This document shows positions 28,137 through 37,839 of a DNA stretch of 64,000 nucleotides, piece after piece. Source of the stretch: a virus. Taxonomy: Duplodnaviria > Heunggongvirae > Uroviricota > Caudoviricetes. The notes under the pieces are model-generated. The model ran no database searches. It worked only from the letters and a program-made list of their open reading frames with translations, and was not told the DNA's origin. Both the position numbers and the translations under genes were made by a program. Each line of letters starts with the position of its first letter. Positions within the stretch are counted from its first letter, which is position 1. The stretch lies in IMG/VR virus record IMGVR_UViG_2737471993_000002, one strand, 5' to 3'.

Positions 28137-28305
28137 GTATTCATGACCTGTTTCTGTATATAAATAATAAGTAACTTATTAAATATACGGAAGCAGGTCT
28201 TTCAAAAGATACCCACCAGAACAACTCCCTTCCGTTTCCACTTCCAAAAACTGCCACCAATCGCTATCATCAGCTCATTGTGATAAGTAAGTAACTACCT
28301 ACCAG

Positions 28306-29055
28306 GTGAGCCACATGAGCCAAATCTTTTTCGACACCATCGACAACGACCAGTACGACTTCATGACAGAGTGGAATACCGCTGTTATGGATAAGTGGGT
28401 TGCTGAAAACATTGGTTTGTCGCGCTGCAAAGACGAGGCTGAACTCTTCGATACGAAGTGGTTTGATTACCGCGACATGCATCCTCTTATGGCCACCTGT
28501 CTGTTTACGGAGGCATACAAACGTCAGTACTCAAATATCATGCTGACGCACGGTCGCGAACACTTTGAAACAGCTCCGTTCACCACCGGGTTAAAACGCC
28601 TGCCTTATCAGGAGTTGTCGACTGCCAATAAAACGTCGCTATGGAAAGCACGCCAGTTTGCTGACCGCTATTGCTGCTCATACGACTACTTTATCTCCAC
28701 CGTTCTTTCCGCAGCTGCACGACGTCTGTGGGACAAGCTGCCTCGCCCACAGCATTTGTGGCAGCCAGAACTGATTGAGATATTTGAAGAGAAATTAGCC
28801 AGACGCGCAACAACCCGTCTGGATGACTCTCTGGTTAGCTTTAAGCATATAGGAGACATGCAGTTCAACCCGATCCAGGAAAGCTATTTTGAGTGGATTC
28901 TGGAGCGTTTACGCACCATCCCCCGCAGCAAGCGCATACGCGCAATTTTCTCCGCTATCTGGCTAATGGAAATCGTTCCAGAGCGCCTTATTTCCGCCCA
29001 CTTTCCAGAAGAACTGGAAGAAGCACGGCGGTTTATTGATCCCCTATCTAATTAA
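28306..29055 (+). CDS. hypothetical protein (replication module)
   Basis: 249-aa ORF upstream of the helicase gene; no recognisable motif. Confidence 0.5.
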   Translation: MSHMSQIFFDTIDNDQYDFMTEWNTAVMDKWVAENIGLSRCKDEAELFDTKWFDYRDMHPLMATCLFTEAYKRQYSNIMLTHGREHFETAPFTTGLKRLPYQELSTANKTSLWKARQFADRYCCSYDYFISTVLSAAARRLWDKLPRPQHLWQPELIEIFEEKLARRATTRLDDSLVSFKHIGDMQFNPIQESYFEWILERLRTIPRSKRIRAIFSAIWLMEIVPERLISAHFPEELEEARRFIDPLSN

Positions 29056-29098
29056 CTAATACTAGAAAACAATTTGTTTAAAAAACAAAGGAAAGCAC

Positions 29099-30439
29099 AT
29101 GACCGAACTTTGCCATACAGGACGCGGGCTGTCCGAAGAGTTTGATGAAGATTTCCAGAACAGACTGACGGCATATTTTTGTCGTGATCACGAGTTTCTT
29201 ACTCGTGCGGGAGATCTGGTTGTGCCTAGCCAATTTGCCAATGCGGCCAATGCCATATTGGTTAATATGGTTTCGGGCTATTACCGTATGTACAAGAGCG
29301 CGCCCTCTTCATCTGCAATTCTGGATATGCTTAAGCGTGCGAAACGCGATAAGACTATCCGTGAGGAACTATTCGCCGATGTTGTTGCTGCGTTTAAGCG
29401 CATCCTTGCAGAAAAATTGTCCGATACCTCGTACATGGTTGACCAGGTATCAACCTTCGCAAAAAGCGTAGCGTTTGATGATGCTCTGATTAAGGCTGCT
29501 GAACTGAAAGAGAAAGGCGACTTTCAGGGGGCGATGGCAATCATGGCCAAGGTTCAGCAGATTGGATCGAACGAAGCGACCGGAATCTATGACTACTACA
29601 CCTCCGCAAGTGAGCGATTGAAAGCGCGTGAATATGAGGCTTCAGAGGAGTATGTACCAAACAGTATTACAACAGGACTCCCTCTTCTCGATAGGTTGCT
29701 GTACCAAAAAGGCTGGGCAAAGCGCGAAATGGTGCTTTTCATGGGGTTCGCTAAATCCGGTAAATCGACCGCAATGGGTGAGTTTTCCATAAACGCAACG
29801 CTTGCTGGCTACAATGTTCTGTATCTCTCGCTGGAGGTTCACACCAACATTTTGTCCGACCGCTTTGATGCAAGATTGTCGGAGACGGAAATGTCCAAGC
29901 TGGTGGAACGGCGCGATGAAGTTCATCGTAAGTTGGCAGAGTTGGGAGCCACTAAGGGGATTGGTAGTTTGTGGGTTGTTGAGCGTCCGTCAGGAAGTAT
30001 GTCACCGGCAGATCTGGACCGTATGCTTAACAGCATGAAAGCCAATGGCATGGTGCCTGACATGCTTGTTGTCGACTACGCAGATTTGATGCGTGCCAGT
30101 TATGACCTTCGTGATGATCGCGCCAACATTCGTAGTATCTACACCGATTTACGTGCTCTTTATGACAAACACAACGTTGCTGGTATCACAGCATCGCAAA
30201 CAAACCGTGAAGGTGGCGCGTCAGAAGTTGCCACAATGATGCACGCTGCCGACAACATCGAAAAAGTACGTATTGCTGACCTGGTAATAACGATCAACAA
30301 AACCGAAGAAGAAGAAGCGAAAGGAGAGGCTCGTCTCTACTTTGCTGGTTCGCGTAACCAGCAGGGAGGGATCAGCATTCGCGTTAAACAAAACCTCGAA
30401 CAAATGCGCTTCATTGAGCGAATCTTAGACGTTACCTAA
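29099..30439 (+). CDS. replicative DNA helicase (DnaB / gp41-like)
   Basis: Walker A GFAKSGKST preceded by a DnaB-like GLPLLDRLL segment; RecA-type core throughout the C-terminal half. Confidence 0.7.
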   Translation: MTELCHTGRGLSEEFDEDFQNRLTAYFCRDHEFLTRAGDLVVPSQFANAANAILVNMVSGYYRMYKSAPSSSAILDMLKRAKRDKTIREELFADVVAAFKRILAEKLSDTSYMVDQVSTFAKSVAFDDALIKAAELKEKGDFQGAMAIMAKVQQIGSNEATGIYDYYTSASERLKAREYEASEEYVPNSITTGLPLLDRLLYQKGWAKREMVLFMGFAKSGKSTAMGEFSINATLAGYNVLYLSLEVHTNILSDRFDARLSETEMSKLVERRDEVHRKLAELGATKGIGSLWVVERPSGSMSPADLDRMLNSMKANGMVPDMLVVDYADLMRASYDLRDDRANIRSIYTDLRALYDKHNVAGITASQTNREGGASEVATMMHAADNIEKVRIADLVITINKTEEEEAKGEARLYFAGSRNQQGGISIRVKQNLEQMRFIERILDVT

Positions 30440-30520
30440 AAAATAAGCGTGGAGAACACCTCCACGCTTGATTCATTGGTGAAACAACTTTTCTTTTGCC
30501 AAACCACAAAAGAAAAACAC

Positions 30521-31702
30521 ATGAGCCTTTATGTTATATCAACATTTAGGTTGGTCACAATATTGCCTGTTAAAAGTGGAATTATCGTGAGCGAGCTGAA
30601 AGAGCTAATTGCCGAATTAGATTTTGAACAATGGTTGGATACTGAAGGTATCGTTTATCGACGTGGAGGCGTGAGTGCTCGCGGTCGTGAAGTGAATATC
30701 AAAGAGTGTCCGGTATGCGGCAGCTCCAACTGGAAGGTATATTTCAATCTGACCAGTGGCGTCGGTAAATGCTTCGCTGGTGATCATCCCGAAGAGATTC
30801 AGTTCAATAAGCTGGTCTTCCTCAAGCACTACAGCGGCAAATCACGACGACAGTTCGAGGAATATGTGCAGAACGCCCTTCTTTCCCAGGGGTGGGCACC
30901 AAAGAAAGAAGAGCTAGTGCTTGCAAGCACAGTCGAGTTAGAGGGGCCAGTTGCACTCCCTCGTCATTACGAGCTTCCTATAGATGGCCGTCTTCCAGAC
31001 TATCTGGTTGAACGAAACATATCACCTGAAATGGCAAAGTATTTTGACCTACGATACTGCGTCGAAGGCAAGCACGCTTATGTAGATCCGTATACAGATC
31101 AGGTAAAAGGGCAGATATTCGATATGCGAATACTGATACCGGTTTACGATCTGGATGGGGTAATGAAGACATTTCAGGGACGAGACATTACCGGTACAGC
31201 AGAACGCCGCTACCTCTTTCCTATGCAGCTTCCAGCTTCAGGTAAGTTTCTCTACAACGGCCATAATGCAGTCGGCAAACAGACTGTAGTTGTCTGTGAG
31301 GGGGCGTTCGATGTTATGGGGGTTAAACGAGCTATTTTTGACGAAGAAACATTACGTGATTACGTGGAACCAATAGGAACGTTCGGGATGCATCTATCTG
31401 GTAACACCACTCAGGATGCAGAAGATCAGTTAGGCGCGTTCCTGACGCTCAAGGCGCGTGGGTTACGTAATGTGATCATGATGTGGGATAGTGAAAAGCA
31501 AGCTATACGCAACACTATGGCCGCAGCCAGGCGACTGAGCAGTATTGGTCTTAATGTGAAAATTGCATGTTTGGGCGAGGAAGGACTCGACCCCGGCGAT
31601 GCGACCCCGGGGCAGATTATCAAAGCCTACTATTGCGCAAAACCTTACTCACGACAGCTTGAACTCTTAAGCAAGGTGAAAGGCATTGCAGCACTAGTTT
31701 GA
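30521..31702 (+). CDS. DNA primase (zinc-binding plus TOPRIM)
   Basis: CPVCGS...C zinc-ribbon-like motif and acidic TOPRIM-like segment (VVCEGAFDV...MWDSE). Start placed at the ATG following the shared AGAAAAACAC leader; the track ORF starts at 30449. Confidence 0.6.
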   Translation: MSLYVISTFRLVTILPVKSGIIVSELKELIAELDFEQWLDTEGIVYRRGGVSARGREVNIKECPVCGSSNWKVYFNLTSGVGKCFAGDHPEEIQFNKLVFLKHYSGKSRRQFEEYVQNALLSQGWAPKKEELVLASTVELEGPVALPRHYELPIDGRLPDYLVERNISPEMAKYFDLRYCVEGKHAYVDPYTDQVKGQIFDMRILIPVYDLDGVMKTFQGRDITGTAERRYLFPMQLPASGKFLYNGHNAVGKQTVVVCEGAFDVMGVKRAIFDEETLRDYVEPIGTFGMHLSGNTTQDAEDQLGAFLTLKARGLRNVIMMWDSEKQAIRNTMAAARRLSSIGLNVKIACLGEEGLDPGDATPGQIIKAYYCAKPYSRQLELLSKVKGIAALV

Positions 31703-32839
31703 ACCAGTATTAGTCACATACACATTGACCGAAAATGATTTAACTTCTGTATTGAAGTTGTCAGTCATTACCGCGAGGTAGGCATTCTTGGTATCTCTGA
31801 ATTGCTTCAGGATGATTTGAACGTTATCGGTGCAAACAAACGAGGTAGCCAGATTGCCTCCTTTCTCTGAAAAATCCTTCAGGAAGGTGCAGTCAACTTT
31901 GCCATCATTAGCGGTGAAGGTAGCATCATCACCCTGCCAGGTAAATGTAGCGTTAACGCCCTTATCAATGGATTTAGCAATAAGTCGCTGGGTGGCGGAT
32001 TTTGTTTTGGCTTTGGAAGCCGGCGCTCGATATTTGCCGCTTTCTTTCAGTTCTGCAATGTAATCGCAGCCTCTTTTTTCTCCTTTATCGCAAGCAGTCT
32101 GATAAAGGTCGGCTGCTTTTTTATAGTCCTTTTTTACACCTTCCCCATTCTCATACATAATGCCAAGATTGGTTATGGCGTCGGCGTTTCCAAGTTCCGC
32201 TGCCTTTTTATACCACTTAACTGCTTCTGCATCATTGCGTTTAACGCCTAACCCATCATCGTATAGTATTCCTAATCCTATCATAGCTTCTGAACTGCCT
32301 TGGTCTGCCGCCTTTTTGTAATAAGTAAAAGCCTTTTTATAATTCTTTTTAACGCCTTTACCATATTGGTAATACGCCCCAAGAACTGAAGTTGCTTTAA
32401 CATACCCGGCATCAGAGGCTAGTTTGAAGTATTTAATGGCGAGTGCATGATCTACTTTACCAAGCATCCCCTTTTGATAAATAGCACCAAGATTGTTGTA
32501 GGCTCTACCTTCACGAGCATCCCCCGCAAGTTTGTAGTACTCAACAGCTTTATTTAGGTCTTTATCTACACCCTCGCCAAATGTGTACATAACTCCAAGT
32601 GCATAATATGCTACTTTATCTCCCTTTTCTGCAGCTAGATCAATCCACTTCTTGGCCTCAACTACATCCTTATCAAAACCATTGACACCATCAAAATAAT
32701 TTGTACCTAACTCACTTTGTGCTGCGGTATCCCCTGCGGTAGCGGCTTCTATCAGCGTTTGTTTATTGTCTGCGTTAACGAATCCAGAGTTAAAAAGCAA
32801 AGTTAATGCCAGCAACGATGAAGATTTTATGTATTTCAT
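31694..32839 (-). CDS. secreted Sel1-repeat protein
   Basis: Signal peptide MKYIKSSSLLALTLLFNSGFVNA, about seven Sel1-like repeats, and a ~110-aa C-terminal domain. Convergent with, and slightly overlapping, the primase 3' end. Confidence 0.65.
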   Translation of the reverse strand: MKYIKSSSLLALTLLFNSGFVNADNKQTLIEAATAGDTAAQSELGTNYFDGVNGFDKDVVEAKKWIDLAAEKGDKVAYYALGVMYTFGEGVDKDLNKAVEYYKLAGDAREGRAYNNLGAIYQKGMLGKVDHALAIKYFKLASDAGYVKATSVLGAYYQYGKGVKKNYKKAFTYYKKAADQGSSEAMIGLGILYDDGLGVKRNDAEAVKWYKKAAELGNADAITNLGIMYENGEGVKKDYKKAADLYQTACDKGEKRGCDYIAELKESGKYRAPASKAKTKSATQRLIAKSIDKGVNATFTWQGDDATFTANDGKVDCTFLKDFSEKGGNLATSFVCTDNVQIILKQFRDTKNAYLAVMTDNFNTEVKSFSVNVYVTNTGSN

Positions 32840-33071
32840 GTTTTTTTTCTGTTGATATAGGATGAACAGTTTAGACGCGGCAAGCGTCAAGTGTGCGAAA
32901 AAGGGTACTTAAATTTAGTTAATATGTCAGCTTTGTTGATTTAGTTTATGGTCGGTAAAGTTACTGGGAAACTAATAACCATAAGAAATAGTACGCCATT
33001 TAATTATTGTGGCACTGCTCGTGTTTTGATTAACTAATACCTGCGATAAATATAAATAAAGGGAAGCCAAC

Positions 33072-33485
33072 ATGAGCAAAAATAAGCTGATTTTAACAGG
33101 AGCTTTATTGTCTTTGTTTGCTTTAGTGGGGTGTAAGCCTACAGACGAGAAGGCTATTGCTCTGGGCCAACAAGCAATTGCGGATGATATGAAAGATCCC
33201 ACGTCGGTGATGTTTAGGAAAGATAAGTTTGTCAGGACTGATCATGACGATGGGAGTGTGACAGGCTTTGTGTGTGGTGAATTAAACGCCAAAAATGGCT
33301 TTGGTGCATACGTGGGCTATCACTCATATGTTGTTGAACTCGAAATGAAGCCAAAGGGCATGTTTTCAAAAGGGGTGGTATACAAAATCCTATCGAAGTC
33401 GTTGGCACCTAATGATCCTCATGATTTACAGCGTTATAAGCAGGTCTACAGAAAGATGTGCAACAGTGAGGCTGTAGCTCATTAA
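33072..33485 (+). CDS. putative lipoprotein
   Basis: Signal peptide with lipobox LVGC; 137 aa. Confidence 0.5.
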   Translation: MSKNKLILTGALLSLFALVGCKPTDEKAIALGQQAIADDMKDPTSVMFRKDKFVRTDHDDGSVTGFVCGELNAKNGFGAYVGYHSYVVELEMKPKGMFSKGVVYKILSKSLAPNDPHDLQRYKQVYRKMCNSEAVAH

Positions 33486-33610
33486 AGGTGAATGCTGGGC
33501 TGAGGATATGCCCGGCATCTTAGTATAAACAACTATTGCACCTAAAATGATAAGTAGATACATACTTAAGTTTTTGTAAGAATACTTTCATCCGTTAGCT
33601 AGGAGTTGGT

Positions 33611-34393
33611 ATGAAAGAAGAAATTAAGAGATTAGCCTGCAACATCATTGATAAAACTGGTTTAGAAATCAGCGAGAGCAATCGGCTAGACATCATTGAA
33701 AAAGCCGTCAATACGGCAATGGATCATATCGCCACTCGTTTGGTCGAGATCCCTCTACCGGGGCTACCTTATCTGAAGGTTAAGTTGTGCGTATGGGGCG
33801 AACCTGCACATGCACGACGTTCTGCATTAGTTGTTTTTGTACGCAAAGAAAACTTACGAACTCTAAAAGTGCAGGTTGGGGCGTGGTTTGATGGCAGAGT
33901 CATCTATACAGATACCATTATCTGTCCTCCAGGTGACGAACATATTGAAGCCGTTATTCGAGAATCAATTCGAGCTATGCGTAGTTTAGCTTTGCTGGAA
34001 GACAAGCAAAACTTTGAAGATTACTTGCTGTCGGTAAAAGCTGAACCAACATTGTCTCTGAAAGCCGATTTCGTCACCCCGACAAATCTGTTGGAGGTTT
34101 TGATTAATAAAGGGGCTAATGATGCTGTAAACCTAATCAGGGAGAGCGAATATTCGACTCTTTGGGACATGTGCAAAAGCCAGTTGGATCTTGTGCATAT
34201 CATTGTTGATGCGGGTAAGGCGTGTGATGGCGTAATGGCGGAATTTGCTGGGAAGATGGTCAGGATTGCTAACGAATTACCGATGATAGAGCAAGAGGCC
34301 AAATCATACGCCACCAATCATGTCACAGAGCTTCTTGCCCCCTATCGCTTAGAAAGCGATCAGCGCAAGATGATTAGCTGGGGAAGTTGGTAA
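33611..34393 (+). CDS. hypothetical protein
   Basis: 260-aa ORF, no recognised motif. Confidence 0.5.
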   Translation: MKEEIKRLACNIIDKTGLEISESNRLDIIEKAVNTAMDHIATRLVEIPLPGLPYLKVKLCVWGEPAHARRSALVVFVRKENLRTLKVQVGAWFDGRVIYTDTIICPPGDEHIEAVIRESIRAMRSLALLEDKQNFEDYLLSVKAEPTLSLKADFVTPTNLLEVLINKGANDAVNLIRESEYSTLWDMCKSQLDLVHIIVDAGKACDGVMAEFAGKMVRIANELPMIEQEAKSYATNHVTELLAPYRLESDQRKMISWGSW

Positions 34394-34460
34394 GCTCTCT
34401 GTGTGTCGTTTTTTACGCAAATAATGATAGGTAAGCACAAGATTATTTCTGGCGGTAATT

Positions 34461-34931
34461 GTGAAAGCTGATTTGTCAAAAGTCCCTTCTATTTCAGGAA
34501 ATAACGGTTATTCACTTCGTTGTGAGGAAGTAAAGATAAACGGTGAGTCGGCATATTGCAGCTACTCCGTTTGCCAGCACACCATTCTTGCCTTCAAAGA
34601 AAACCGTCTTCCTCGAACGTCTTTCCAGTCGTGCGCAACCGCTATTAAAGCAGGCAAATGCAAGGCGTTAAAAATGATGGTTGAAGAGATTCGTAAAGGA
34701 GAATCTCTGTATTTCGAAGATATGACCGCACTCATTAAGGAGGTTGAAGAACGGAATAAACAAGCCAGAACTATAAAACGAAAACGTGACAGTGTAACGA
34801 TTAATAGCATGGTTAAGAAGAGCGCCACATCACAAACAGCGATCACTGACGTGTATGCGGCGTTGATTGAAGAAACAACAAAAGAAACACATGAGCAAAT
34901 CGATCAACATATGGAGGCAAAACAACAATGA
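34461..34931 (+). CDS. hypothetical protein (GTG start)
   Basis: 156-aa ORF overlapping the ligase start. Confidence 0.4.
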   Translation: MKADLSKVPSISGNNGYSLRCEEVKINGESAYCSYSVCQHTILAFKENRLPRTSFQSCATAIKAGKCKALKMMVEEIRKGESLYFEDMTALIKEVEERNKQARTIKRKRDSVTINSMVKKSATSQTAITDVYAALIEETTKETHEQIDQHMEAKQQ

Positions 34932-36250
34932 AAAAGTTGATCGCACTTAAGCATAAGCTGGACGAAATGAAAGCTATGGGAACCAATGCAAAAAAAGAGG
35001 CATTGGCCAACATGGATGACTTTGAACAAAGCATGGTTTCATTGATGCTCAACCCTTTCATCCGTTTTGGGGTAAAGAAATACAAAGTGGCAGAGCCGCT
35101 TAGTGAGTCCGTCCCAAGTGACGAAAAAGCCATTGATGTACTGAATAAGCTGGCCTCTCGCGAGCTGACGGGGAACGCAGCAATAGCTGCTGTTGAGTCT
35201 ATCGTGGCGTCAATGTGCGCCGATGGGCAGGACGTGTTCCGTCGTTTCCTCTTAAAAGACCCGAAAGCGGGTGTTGGGATTAGCCTATGCAACAAGGTTT
35301 TTGAAAATCCCATTCCGAAATTCGAGGTGCAGCTGGCGTCACCGTATAAAGAAAAAGGCGACAAATACCCCTTCAAGCCAAACCCTAAAGCAAAATGGCC
35401 GATGATTGGCAGTCTTAAGCTCGATGGTTTGCGAGTAATTTGCGAGGTTATTGTTGACGAGGAAGAGGTTAACTTCCTTTCTCGTACTGGTAATCCAATC
35501 ACGTCTCTCGATCACCTAAAGCCAGCAATGCTCGAATTAGGCAAACTTTCAGGCCACAAACACATCTTCTTCGATGGTGAAGGAACAGCCGGTTCATTTA
35601 ACCAGTCCGTATCTGCATTGCGCAAAAAGAACGTGCAGGCAATTGGCGCTATTTATCATGTTTTCGACTTCTTCCTACCGGAATGGCGAGCACAGGCTAA
35701 ATCCAAAGAGTATGCAAAGACATGTATGAAGCTGAAAGAGCGCCTGGCTATGCTCGTGGCGTTGTTCAAAAACGATCGCAGTGAAGGCTACGCACAAGAC
35801 ATTCACCTGCATCCGTTCTACATCATCCATAGCCACGAAGACTTCATCGAACGCTTCATGAAACGCCTGGACGATAACGAAGAAGGGGAGATGGGCAAAG
35901 ATCCGAACTCTGTTTACGAGTTTAAACGTACCCGCAGCTGGTGGAAGTTAAAAGACGAAGATTCAGAAGATGGTGAAATTATCGATTTTGAGCCGGGCGA
36001 CCCGGACTCTGGTTTTGCCAACACGCTTGGAAAAATTGTTATTCGTCTTGAAAACGGCGTCATCGTTCGTGCGAGCGGCATTAAGCATAAATATCTGGAC
36101 GAGATCTGGAACAACAAAGAGAAGTACCGTGGTCGTATTGTCGAGGTTCATTGTCACGAGAAAACACCGGACGGCAGCTTACGCCACCCACGACTGAAAT
36201 GGCCGCGTTGCTTACGCGATACAGAAGATCGAATCGGAGATAAAGAATGA
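34928..36250 (+). CDS. ATP-dependent DNA ligase
   Basis: Adenylation motif I KLDGLR (KxDGxR) within a 440-aa protein. Confidence 0.6.
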   Translation: MKKLIALKHKLDEMKAMGTNAKKEALANMDDFEQSMVSLMLNPFIRFGVKKYKVAEPLSESVPSDEKAIDVLNKLASRELTGNAAIAAVESIVASMCADGQDVFRRFLLKDPKAGVGISLCNKVFENPIPKFEVQLASPYKEKGDKYPFKPNPKAKWPMIGSLKLDGLRVICEVIVDEEEVNFLSRTGNPITSLDHLKPAMLELGKLSGHKHIFFDGEGTAGSFNQSVSALRKKNVQAIGAIYHVFDFFLPEWRAQAKSKEYAKTCMKLKERLAMLVALFKNDRSEGYAQDIHLHPFYIIHSHEDFIERFMKRLDDNEEGEMGKDPNSVYEFKRTRSWWKLKDEDSEDGEIIDFEPGDPDSGFANTLGKIVIRLENGVIVRASGIKHKYLDEIWNNKEKYRGRIVEVHCHEKTPDGSLRHPRLKWPRCLRDTEDRIGDKE

Positions 36251-36426
36251 TGCTCGGCTGGATGATTGCATTTTTAGCGGTTGGTTTTTTAATCGGTATT
36301 GTGGTGATGTCCAGTTGCATCAATGACTACATTAAAAGCGGTGTTATAGAACGACGCGGTCGTATTTATCGCATTGTAGAAATAACCCACACAGTGAAGG
36401 AGATTAAGGATGATCGTATTAAGTAA
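36247..36426 (+). CDS. small membrane protein (59 aa, below the ORF-track size cutoff)
   Basis: ATG overlaps the ligase stop; one TM helix then GRIYRIVEITHTVKE; paralogous to 36622..36774. Confidence 0.35.
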   Translation: MMLGWMIAFLAVGFLIGIVVMSSCINDYIKSGVIERRGRIYRIVEITHTVKEIKDDRIK

Positions 36427-36625
36427 GCGGGAGAAGGAAACGCTTCATGAAATCAGTAAGTGGTCAGAGTTCCCTGAGTACTGGAAGCCTAAAACGCGGG
36501 CTAAGTTAGAGCGGTTAGGGTTGGTTGCAAACGTTTCTGAAACGAAGTGTTCGGCCAACTACCAGTTAACTGATAAAGGGAAAGTATTGCTACAGCAATT
36601 AGTAGAATCAGGAGTGTTAAAATGA
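36410..36625 (+). CDS. hypothetical small protein
   Basis: 71-aa ORF lying between the two paralogous small membrane protein genes. Confidence 0.3.
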   Translation: MIVLSKREKETLHEISKWSEFPEYWKPKTRAKLERLGLVANVSETKCSANYQLTDKGKVLLQQLVESGVLK

Positions 36626-36774
36626 TTCCATACATCTCATTAGCTTTTATGAGTGGCTTCCTTATCGGCTTCGGCATCTGTCGTGATTTAATTAAGCAGG
36701 AACTTAAAACCAAAACACTGTGCATCGGAAAGCGTGTGTATCGGGTAGTTCATGAAACAAAGGTTAGAAAATGA
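36622..36774 (+). CDS. small membrane protein (50 aa), paralogue of 36247..36426
   Basis: TM helix (FMSGFLIGFGI) then GKRVYRVVHETKVRK, mirroring the first small protein. Confidence 0.35.
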   Translation: MIPYISLAFMSGFLIGFGICRDLIKQELKTKTLCIGKRVYRVVHETKVRK

Positions 36775-37061
36775 GCAATTTAACTTCTTGGGACTGGTGG
36801 TTGGCCACCTATTGCTTAGCGGCCGGAGTCGCATTCGCCTTTTACGTAGGTCAGTTAGTCGTAAAACTGTTGCTGATTAAATTTGCTAGTCATAAACGTA
36901 TCGATGATGGTCTGTGGCGTCTTGGCACCCTGGTGGAAACTCGCTACGGGCAACTTAAGGAGAACGAAACCATTACTATCCAAGCGAAACGATTCACTGC
37001 CACCATCACAAGAACACCTAGTCGTAGAGTGGCCTTGATCAAAAAAGTCACAACCGAATAA
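36771..37061 (+). CDS. small membrane protein (96 aa)
   Basis: N-terminal TM helix; start overlaps the preceding stop. Confidence 0.35.
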   Translation: MSNLTSWDWWLATYCLAAGVAFAFYVGQLVVKLLLIKFASHKRIDDGLWRLGTLVETRYGQLKENETITIQAKRFTATITRTPSRRVALIKKVTTE

Positions 37062-37451
37062 AAACACAATAATAAGTATTTACTTACTTATCTTTTATGT
37101 ATAAGATGACTTTGTTTTCGTTGAGACGCGACTGTTTGAACTTAAATACAAGTGCAAACGAAGAAGTCTATCTGGCAGTAGCCTAATAAGCCAAACACCA
37201 GCGAGGTCAGTTTCCAGCCTCGTTACCGAAATGGGACACACTGAGCGAGTGTGATTGCAGAACGCAGGAGGGAACATGAGTGTTCCCTCCGATGAAGTAA
37301 CAGAATGGGCGGTCGGTATATTTTCAACTCCATATGACTCCCGGATTCTTAGCCTCTGACCGCCCATCCTGTTACGTCATTTTGTTCAATTATGTCGTTT
37401 ATACTGGGTTAAAAAGCGGCGACGTAGCCCGGCTGGTATGGTTAGCCAGCA

Positions 37452-37573
37452 CACAACGTTGAGGCCATTACATTTTTATCAATTCTAAGGTTCTATTCAC
37501 AGAGATACCGGCGAGCGTTGATATGTAACATGTTGGGCAAACATTCAATCGGAGTAGTGGCCTCAACGTTGTG
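37452..37573. repeat. long hairpin: 16-bp perfect inverted repeat with ~90-nt spacer
   Basis: CACAACGTTGAGGCCA at 37452-37467 and its exact reverse complement at 37558-37573; the spacer contains further small palindromes. Confidence 0.6.
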
Positions 37574-37839
37574 AAGACAGGATTGTTGTGTAGGTTTAAC
37601 CACTGTTGCCATTGGTGCCTGTTTTCACAACAAATGATTCCATACATCACATTGTATAAATTACAAAGTAGGTGCTGTCCTCAGAAACATCATCTACTTA
37701 AAGATTTTGCCTTCTACTATTGAGCGAAGTCGAAAGCGTCTGGCACTAACGAAAAGTGCAAGTAGCGGTGCGTTTCCTGGCAGAAACTAAACCGTCGCGA
37801 TTGGCACTGTTGAGTAATAAATACTGGCAGTGCCGAATT

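Noticed and set aside
37095-37367. 90-aa minus-strand ORF in the region upstream of the tRNAs
   Set aside because: It spans several perfect hairpins, has no ribosome-binding site, and the region looks like structured non-coding sequence.
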